A stretch of 64,000 nt of DNA from a virus (taxonomy: Duplodnaviria > Caudoviricetes): positions 1 through 64,000 of the IMG/VR virus record IMGVR_UViG_3300033072_000232, one strand, 5' to 3'. Positions 57,224 through 64,000 of this stretch are shown piece by piece; the stretch's first letter is position 1; the number at the start of each line of letters is the position of its first letter. A program made the translations under genes and the position numbers. The notes below the pieces were generated by a model. The model saw nothing but the letters and a program-made list of their open reading frames with translations. It did no database searches and was not told where the DNA came from.

Positions 57224-57593
57224 ACTGTTCTTTCAACTTAAGGTACAACTGATAATCAGGGTTGTTTTGCTTTGCTAGACGTTTCTTAATGCTTTCTACT
57301 TCGTATTCTGCAATGTAGAACCCAAAATCTTCACAGGCACTCAGTACATCCTCTACAGTATACTTCGGTTCTTCGTTAGTTTCTTCGTTAGTTTCTTGCA
57401 TCATAACTCCTTCGGTTTCTGTAGGTTCTGTAGGTTCTTTCTTGATCCAGATTACACGATCGATTGTGCGACAACCTTTATCAGAATTTACGATTGAGCT
57501 GCACAATTGTGAATCATACCTCGCAACACATCCAACACAAGCGTCGATTTCTTGTTTAGATTCATAAGTAATACCGTTGATATTAACTTCCAT
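57213..57593 (-). CDS. Hypothetical protein
   Basis: CVGC motif; short TEP and EETN repeats. Confidence 0.65.
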   Translation of the reverse strand: MEVNINGITYESKQEIDACVGCVARYDSQLCSSIVNSDKGCRTIDRVIWIKKEPTEPTETEGVMMQETNEETNEEPKYTVEDVLSACEDFGFYIAEYEVESIKKRLAKQNNPDYQLYLKLKEQFGE

Positions 57594-57702
57594 GATTTAC
57601 TCCTTGTAACTAGACACTTCAACGAAGTTGTCGTTTGATTTGTTGATGTACGGATTGTACCACAGGTGTGAAGCTGTGGTAGTAGTTTAGTGAAACGTAG
57701 GG

Positions 57703-58188
57703 TTATTGTACTGCGTCAATCAACTTCTTAGCTTCATTAATGTAATAGCTGTAGTCCAGCTTACTCCAACTGAAATCAGAAATGTCATTACAGGTACTGA
57801 CTTCATAGTCAGTGTCTATACCTAACCGTCGTACTTCTCCGCCTGCTTCTAATGCTGGCATCAACTTCACAAGTTTACCTCCTTGCTTACTCGGATAGTA
57901 TCTGCAAATATTCTGTTGTGGAATATCTTCACCATCTACCACAAGAACAAGACTAGATGACCTTGGTACTTTAGTACGTAGCATAAAGTCATATTTATCA
58001 CGATGCAAGCGAATGAATTCTTCATGGTCTACTCCTAAGACTAATTCCATTGAAACTGCCATTGAAATCACCATTGCACTGTGATTTTTATGAAAACCGA
58101 GTTTATCAAAAGGTAGTACTTCATATGCACCTTTAGTTTTTACTTTACCAGATTTGATTAAGTCACGCAGTACTTGTAAATCAATCAT
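57703..58188 (-). CDS. Family B DNA polymerase, C-terminal fragment
   Basis: GKVKTKGAYE...YYINEAKKLI (KKRY/palm-thumb region continuation); GGGAG SD. Confidence 0.8.
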   Translation of the reverse strand: MIDLQVLRDLIKSGKVKTKGAYEVLPFDKLGFHKNHSAMVISMAVSMELVLGVDHEEFIRLHRDKYDFMLRTKVPRSSSLVLVVDGEDIPQQNICRYYPSKQGGKLVKLMPALEAGGEVRRLGIDTDYEVSTCNDISDFSWSKLDYSYYINEAKKLIDAVQ

Positions 58189-58694
58189 CGCACACTCCCG
58201 TGATTTACATGAAATTCATAAGTTATACTCATTTCTTTACGAGCTTCAATAGCTTCTTCTATTGTATCAAAATACCCAGCAAATAATCTTTCCCCATTTC
58301 GTTGAGCATGCGCGTAGTACTTACCGCATTTCATTGCTACTCCAATATAGCCAGTTGGGTTATCAACTCTCAGTTTAAGATTACGCATGTTACCCAATCT
58401 ATCAGTAGCCCTTAGATTTTCAAATTTATTATTTTGACAATTACCGTCGATGTGGTCAATTACATTAGGCCATTCTCCTGTTTCAATAAAGTAAACTAAC
58501 TTATGAAGTACATACCTTTTCCCAGAAATACTTACGCGAATATAACCATACTTCCCTGTCCTTGTGATTCCTTCTATTAAATAGTTACAAGGAACTAAAT
58601 TTCCGTAACGGTCTCTGTATCCTATTCTATAACATTCACCTGTTGATGGGTTATAACTTAAATGTTTATTTAGTTCTTCAATATCAATCATCAT
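58185..58694 (-). CDS. HNH homing endonuclease (HNH plus AP2-like) inserted in the polymerase
   Basis: YNPSTG..LHKLV..IDHIDGNCQNNKFENLR..GYIGV..GYFDTIEEA..AR. Confidence 0.9.
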   Translation of the reverse strand: MMIDIEELNKHLSYNPSTGECYRIGYRDRYGNLVPCNYLIEGITRTGKYGYIRVSISGKRYVLHKLVYFIETGEWPNVIDHIDGNCQNNKFENLRATDRLGNMRNLKLRVDNPTGYIGVAMKCGKYYAHAQRNGERLFAGYFDTIEEAIEARKEMSITYEFHVNHGSVR

Positions 58695-60433
58695 AATCCT
58701 TTAATTGCAATATAGTTATTGACGTTAGCTATGAACATTACTTCATATTCATCACCTTCCATAGTCAGTTTAGTAAGTTCTTCCCATTCTTTAACGCACT
58801 GCTTGACAATCTCAAGTTTATCACGATCAACCATAAATTCAAAACCATCAGTATTAGCCATTAGAATTTCTGCATTACACTTCTGGATAACAGACTCAAT
58901 CAACATCGAAAGTAACATCTGACCGCTACATGTGATGGACATTGTATACTGAGGATCATATAAAGGACTGTATTCATTACCACTGTCACCATATGAACTG
59001 TTGAGTGCCAGCTTTAAAGCAGCATTCATTGCGGTTCCCTTAGGTGCCGCCTTGCGCTTGTCGTACAGATCAGAGTATACCTTACAGAATGTTTGACCTA
59101 GATGTGCTGGTGCAATATTATTCTTGATGGATAAGTTTGGATAAAAACTCGCAACATCATAAGTTGCTATTACTTTTGTATCATTACTCTTATGAGTACC
59201 AGCTACAGCAGCATGTAAGCCACCTACACCATAATCAAACTGTACTCCATTGACTACTATATTAAGACCTTCAGCTTCATTCCAGCAACCCCAATAAGAA
59301 ACCTTCTGCTTACGTTGCTTCTTAGGTTTACCTTTAGGTTCTCCGAATTCATCCAATGGTTGATACATGATATGCTCACCGTTTTCATCAAATACCCATT
59401 CAGTTGCTTTAAGTTCTTCTTCTTTAATCCATCCTTTTGGATGTTCTGACATAAATTCTGATAGTTCTTGTTCAGTAGGTTTCTGTTTGAATCGCTTCTG
59501 CTTAGTAATCATGTTGCAATATTTAGCAAGATCACCTAATTCAGCTTCGTCAATATCAGAAAACACACCTTTAGTTTCAGTAATTACTCTATTCTGAAAC
59601 CACTGGTGTAATGCCTGAAACTCAGGACGTTCAAACTTTACGTAAGGAACTAAGCAATCTTTAATCTTAATACTACTACGTTTAGTTTGATTGATCTTAC
59701 GTCCTCGTTCTGTTTGTGTGTAACATGCACCCGGACGTTCTTTCTCCAATGATGTAATGAATAGCTGCTTACCAATCTTACCATCATTGAAGTTAGTACA
59801 ATCAAAACCAAACTCAACAGATAGGTCATCACGTAGTTGCAATGCTTCTTGACAGTAATTATAGAACTTCAGAGTCTCTGTAACATCATGCATATTATAT
59901 TTCAGAACAACATCCATTTGTTCATAAGTAAGTACTGTTCCAACTGCTACAGGTAGTTCCTGAATATTATCAGAACGCATGTTGAATTCAAGCATTTTCA
60001 GACTTGTACTTCTAGCTCTATTATCAAAGTGATTGATGAGGTATAGGTCTACTTGAGGAATTACTATATCTTCTGTTTTAATTCTAGAACCAAATCTATC
60101 ATCTGGTTTCTTCTCAAACATCTTTAGCATTTCATTGTAGATTTGCTTTGCAGTTACCTTAGCTTGCTTTTCTACTTTAGCTGCCGAACGTGCTTTCTCA
60201 ATAATGAAATGCAATAAAGGATAGTCAAATCCTAGATTATTAAATCCTACTAACCTACATTCTGTACGAATGCAGTTACGTAGAAACTCAAGAAGTTCAG
60301 GGAGTTGATCTTTACGGTCTGAAATTTCAAACTGAACTTTCTTTGATCCTGTTTTATATATTGCACTCATGCTAAAGAAGTTTGGATACACTTCAAGATC
60401 ATAGATGAAATCTTTGTGTTTAAGTTTAGTCAA
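58691..60433 (-). CDS. Family B DNA polymerase, N-terminal fragment (3'-5' exonuclease plus palm)
   Basis: DLE exo, GFN..FD, YDVASFYP, KLALNSSYG, NTDG; TTG start. Confidence 0.9.
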   Translation of the reverse strand: MTKLKHKDFIYDLEVYPNFFSMSAIYKTGSKKVQFEISDRKDQLPELLEFLRNCIRTECRLVGFNNLGFDYPLLHFIIEKARSAAKVEKQAKVTAKQIYNEMLKMFEKKPDDRFGSRIKTEDIVIPQVDLYLINHFDNRARSTSLKMLEFNMRSDNIQELPVAVGTVLTYEQMDVVLKYNMHDVTETLKFYNYCQEALQLRDDLSVEFGFDCTNFNDGKIGKQLFITSLEKERPGACYTQTERGRKINQTKRSSIKIKDCLVPYVKFERPEFQALHQWFQNRVITETKGVFSDIDEAELGDLAKYCNMITKQKRFKQKPTEQELSEFMSEHPKGWIKEEELKATEWVFDENGEHIMYQPLDEFGEPKGKPKKQRKQKVSYWGCWNEAEGLNIVVNGVQFDYGVGGLHAAVAGTHKSNDTKVIATYDVASFYPNLSIKNNIAPAHLGQTFCKVYSDLYDKRKAAPKGTAMNAALKLALNSSYGDSGNEYSPLYDPQYTMSITCSGQMLLSMLIESVIQKCNAEILMANTDGFEFMVDRDKLEIVKQCVKEWEELTKLTMEGDEYEVMFIANVNNYIAIKGL

Positions 60434-60466
60434 AATTACTCCTTTAAGTTTTTCTTGATTCTACCA

Positions 60467-60493
60467 TAAAGAAAACCCGCACGAAGCGGGTTT
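60467..60493 (-). terminator. Rho-independent terminator after primase-helicase
   Basis: AAACCCGC-TTCGT-GCGGGTTT-TCTTT. Confidence 0.75.
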
Positions 60494-60496
60494 AGC

Positions 60497-62248
60497 TTAA
60501 AAATCAATCACAACATCACGCTGTACTTTTGATTGTTCTACTTCTGCAACACTACCAACAGTCTGTTCCAAGTAAGGATTAGCCATAGGTAGAAGCATCG
60601 TAGTACTGTGGTCATACCTCAACCAACCAGCTTCGCCAGTGTTACCAGTTCGTCTGCATTTTACAAGCTGTAGCTTTGTTGCTGACTTTTTGATTGGACA
60701 TTCATTCATTTTATCTCTACTGATTAAGATTGTATTAAATGCAACTTGATTTATACTAGATGATCCCATCAATTGATATTCCGATACCGAATGAGGGTTT
60801 TCTTCGGAAGGTTTCTTCATATGACTTACAGCAACAACACACGTATTAGTTTCCTTAGCAAATTTTAGCAACGTATCCATAAAAGAAATGATAGCTGCGT
60901 TATCACTTGAGTTTACACCACATTGAATAGGGTCTATGATAATCACATCACAACCTTCAGCTTTGGCTAAGTAATTAAACTTATCAAAGATTTCATCTGT
61001 GCTGATACTACCATTATGATCTACGAATACAAACTTATCTTTCTTTGCAATTCCATCAATAAACCTTCGCTTCAAGTCATTCATATCTAGTAGTGATCTA
61101 TCAGCAGTACGTAGATTCATTCCCATATCCAATGAAAGTAAATCACGAACTACTTCACGCTTAGTTCCTTCAAGATACATTGCACCTACTTTAAACGGTG
61201 TGTTTTCAATTAAGTGATAGACTAAGTTGGAAACAATTGTACTCTTGCCTATACTTGTCAATGCACCAATCACTGAGATTTCACCACGCTCCATTCCTCC
61301 ATTCATCATATCATTTAGATGATTCCAAGCAGGTGGAAATGGAATCTTTACATTTGAATCTTCTTGTTCAAAATCATCCCACATTTGTTCAAGGTGAAGT
61401 ACATCTACTCTACTGAATGCTTCTGCTTTCCAGAAGATTTGCTTCAATTCTGAACCTCTACCTTGCTTCAATAGGTCACAGGCATCTTTAATATCTCTTG
61501 GGAATTTAGCAATATACGCTTTACCATGAGTAAGTAATCGTGCTGCTTCTTCAAGGTATCGTTGTCCGGGTTCATCATTATCAAATGCAAGAATTACTTT
61601 CTCAAATGAATTGATATATTCGTAGTTTGCTTTGAATTGCTTGATAATACTACCGTCACCAGCAGTAACAGAAACACAAGGTGTCCAGTACTCAGTACTG
61701 TCTTTACCACTGCGAAGTACTTCAGCAAAAGCCATAGCATCTTCTTCTCCTGTAGTAACTACAAGATACTTCTGACCTGATTGAAATACAGCTTGACCAA
61801 ACAACTCGTTAGTAGCTTTTGTATTACCAATACCAATGAAGGTTTTAGGACAAGTACGTTTCTTGTAACCTACTACTTTACCATCTGAAGTAATCGGATA
61901 GTGTCGTGAAACTACATCATATTTATCTTGTACTTCGGTGTGTACTCCGTATTTAGCCGAAGTAATACTTGTGATTCCACGTTCTTTCCAACCACGACAA
62001 GGAATCTCTTGAATATCTGAGAAATCTACTTCTTCTTTTTGCTTTGAACTTACTTCTGGAATTTCCATATTTACCCCATGTTCTTCTAATTGAGATTGAT
62101 TGAAATATTTATGACAACTAAAACAGAATGCGTCTAGTTTAGTTTCGTCATCGTCTTGTTTTACATATACCGCCATTGCATCACTACTGCTACAGCTAAT
62201 ACAAGCTGTATGATATAACAGTTCACCTTCTGTTTGATTCTTATTCAA
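60497..62248 (-). CDS. Primase-helicase (T7 gp4-like)
   Basis: Zn ribbon CISC..CFSCH, TOPRIM GEEDAM/FDND, Walker A GALTSIGKS, IIIDP; TTG start. Confidence 0.92.
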   Translation of the reverse strand: MNKNQTEGELLYHTACISCSSSDAMAVYVKQDDDETKLDAFCFSCHKYFNQSQLEEHGVNMEIPEVSSKQKEEVDFSDIQEIPCRGWKERGITSITSAKYGVHTEVQDKYDVVSRHYPITSDGKVVGYKKRTCPKTFIGIGNTKATNELFGQAVFQSGQKYLVVTTGEEDAMAFAEVLRSGKDSTEYWTPCVSVTAGDGSIIKQFKANYEYINSFEKVILAFDNDEPGQRYLEEAARLLTHGKAYIAKFPRDIKDACDLLKQGRGSELKQIFWKAEAFSRVDVLHLEQMWDDFEQEDSNVKIPFPPAWNHLNDMMNGGMERGEISVIGALTSIGKSTIVSNLVYHLIENTPFKVGAMYLEGTKREVVRDLLSLDMGMNLRTADRSLLDMNDLKRRFIDGIAKKDKFVFVDHNGSISTDEIFDKFNYLAKAEGCDVIIIDPIQCGVNSSDNAAIISFMDTLLKFAKETNTCVVAVSHMKKPSEENPHSVSEYQLMGSSSINQVAFNTILISRDKMNECPIKKSATKLQLVKCRRTGNTGEAGWLRYDHSTTMLLPMANPYLEQTVGSVAEVEQSKVQRDVVIDF

Positions 62249-62360
62249 TATCTCTCTTTATTTAAATATCACAATAGCCTTAAATGTATCCAATAATACA
62301 CCTTATCTTACTTAACGATTGTTATTAGATACATTAGTTTCTTATTGAAAATACCATTAA

Positions 62361-62645
62361 CTAAACATCCTTGTTTGCAAGCCAAGATTTATAACAAGAT
62401 TCCTTAAAACTATTTATCATAGCTAATCTAGACTTAACTACAGTATCATAATCTAATTCATGAATAGTAATACCATTAAAGCCACTTCGACTGAAGTCGG
62501 TGCTATCGGGGTAGAATAAACTACCATAAGGTACTACAATAAAATCGTCAGACATATGTTGCATTTCATGTAGTTCATATCTGTAACATTGAGTATTGTC
62601 AGGCCATAGGATAATATCCTCTAGGCACTTGTATACTTTATTCAT
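62361..62645 (-). CDS. Hypothetical protein
   Basis: 94 aa; IILWPDNTQCY. Confidence 0.65.
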   Translation of the reverse strand: MNKVYKCLEDIILWPDNTQCYRYELHEMQHMSDDFIVVPYGSLFYPDSTDFSRSGFNGITIHELDYDTVVKSRLAMINSFKESCYKSWLANKDV

Positions 62646-62985
62646 TGTGTTCTTTCAGTAAATTTCTCACCTCATCTTTAAGTCTAGATTGCTTTCTGTG
62701 ACTTTCAATGTATTCTCTAAAATAATCAATACAATTACTCACAACTCGGTGCTCTCGTTTTTGTATCAAGCTTTGAAATAGTCCAGATAGATTGTTTTCT
62801 TCAAGATAATTCTCGAAGTACTTAGTACTTTCTTCAAAATCCTTACGCGCTGCTTCCAGAATTCTTTGTTGGTGTAGTTCAGAATCTTCCCGTGCTTTTA
62901 CAGCTTTTGGATCATCTGAGTTAAACCAATTATACCATTTCCGCATGTCTTCTGCATCAAAATCAGTCTTAAATTGTGATTCCAT
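62638..62985 (-). CDS. Hypothetical protein
   Basis: 115 aa, AAGGA SD. Confidence 0.65.
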   Translation of the reverse strand: MESQFKTDFDAEDMRKWYNWFNSDDPKAVKAREDSELHQQRILEAARKDFEESTKYFENYLEENNLSGLFQSLIQKREHRVVSNCIDYFREYIESHRKQSRLKDEVRNLLKEHNE

Positions 62986-62987
62986 GA

Positions 62988-63218
62988 TTATTCCTTATGT
63001 GAAATCAGAGCATCATCTAAACGAGAAGTAATACACCATTTGATAAAATCATTCTTAGTTTTTCCTGCTGAATCTAAAGCAATCCAACCATAACCATTGC
63101 ATTCAGAATATTTACTATATAGTTTTGCAATTACGCTAAAATCAACTCCAAGAAATATAGAGTTACCTTTGACAATCTGCTTGATTGTGTGTAGTTGGAA
63201 ACTTTCTAGATTGTTCAT
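62988..63218 (-). CDS. Hypothetical protein
   Basis: 76 aa. Confidence 0.6.
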   Translation of the reverse strand: MNNLESFQLHTIKQIVKGNSIFLGVDFSVIAKLYSKYSECNGYGWIALDSAGKTKNDFIKWCITSRLDDALISHKE

Positions 63219-63237
63219 ATTGTTCTTTCAATAGATT

Positions 63238-63594
63238 TTACTTCATCTTAAAGTATAGATTCTTATAATCTACAACTTCACCATTCACCTTTAGGACATA
63301 AGGAGGAAGCCTCAGCCTTGATACGCAATGCCTTATTACTTCGTCAGGAAGTTCTGTGTAGATTTCAATAGTACCCCATTGATGAGGTAGATAAGACATC
63401 CTAAATGTATTTTGATCTCGATATGTACAAAATACAATTCTATTATCAGCGATAATTAAAGACCTATCCCTATAAGACACTTTGACTAACTCTGAACCAG
63501 ATTTATTTATCAGCATCTTAAACGGAATGTCACGATCTCTTTCCGTCTGATAAACCTTTAATGTAGTCGTGATTCCATCAGTATTGTAGTTCAT
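63238..63594 (-). CDS. Hypothetical protein
   Basis: 118 aa. Confidence 0.6.
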   Translation of the reverse strand: MNYNTDGITTTLKVYQTERDRDIPFKMLINKSGSELVKVSYRDRSLIIADNRIVFCTYRDQNTFRMSYLPHQWGTIEIYTELPDEVIRHCVSRLRLPPYVLKVNGEVVDYKNLYFKMK

Positions 63595-63598
63595 GGTA

Positions 63599-63811
63599 TT
63601 ACTTAATCAAAGGACAACTATCATTAGGCTTCAGGAATTGAAACCCTTCGGTGTACTGAAGAATCTCATACTGATCCCATCCACAGATAGCTACAGTACC
63701 CCATTTAGCTGTTTTAAGCAGCTTGCAAGTACCTTCATTTGATCTACAGGTAGGTTTACCTTCAGGGTCACGGAAGGTTTGTATTGTGATTGTTTTGTAT
63801 GTTTGTGTCAT
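63599..63811 (-). CDS. Small Cys-rich hypothetical protein
   Basis: PTC...CKLL...C...CP. Confidence 0.65.
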   Translation of the reverse strand: MTQTYKTITIQTFRDPEGKPTCRSNEGTCKLLKTAKWGTVAICGWDQYEILQYTEGFQFLKPNDSCPLIK

Positions 63812-64000
63812 TGAAAATCCTTTTCAAATCTATCATTGATTATACGCTTAATACTTCCGAAGTATTTGAGACTATCTTCAGTTTCAAGATATTCTTGAAT
63901 AATATCCAGAACTAAATCCTTGGTATTACTGATAAGTAAATCAAGCTGATCGTGAGTAACTAAGTTGTGAGGAAGTTTTAGCTTCGGATCATTGTAAGTA

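Noticed and set aside
58185-58694. Group I intron around the polymerase HNH
   Set aside because: HNH overlaps both polymerase ORFs directly, and no P4-P7 core sequences like those in the other two introns are present
1-64000. CRISPR array, integrase, repressor or rRNA
   Set aside because: No regularly spaced repeat-spacer units or lysogeny motifs seen by eye in this window

Overview
This window is most of an AT-rich, apparently lytic tailed phage genome of siphovirus type. No integrase or repressor is seen, and the two-component spanin implies a Gram-negative host. Layout: (1) 1-922, small + strand ORFs; (2) a ~1 kb non-coding block; (3) 1934-5663, a minus-strand accessory cluster (HTH proteins, GIY-YIG, macro domain, DNA methyltransferase); (4) 5786-42274, + strand: PhoH, ClpP-like protease, tRNA-Tyr, terminase, portal, an inserted fibre-like cluster, head, tail, tape measure, tail-tip/fibre genes and lysis; (5) 42350-64000, minus strand: thioredoxin, ribonucleotide reductase, ThyX, dUTPase, nucleases, SSB, tRNAs, family B DNA polymerase and T7 gp4-like primase-helicase. 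Selfish elements are abundant. There is an ORF-less group I intron in terL and a group I intron with a LAGLIDADG-type ORF that splits the catalytic Cys codon of the reductase. An HNH gene splits the DNA polymerase into two ORFs, and four paralogous free-standing genes each fuse a GIY-YIG-like domain to an HNH domain. The most novel-looking signal is a structured RNA leader (three-way junction plus a covarying 6-bp pseudoknot) in front of two of those dual-nuclease genes. Next come a D-armless tRNA-like RNA and sharply bounded high-GC in-frame patches in four tail genes. All protein calls come from motif recognition by eye; no database search or folding program was run.
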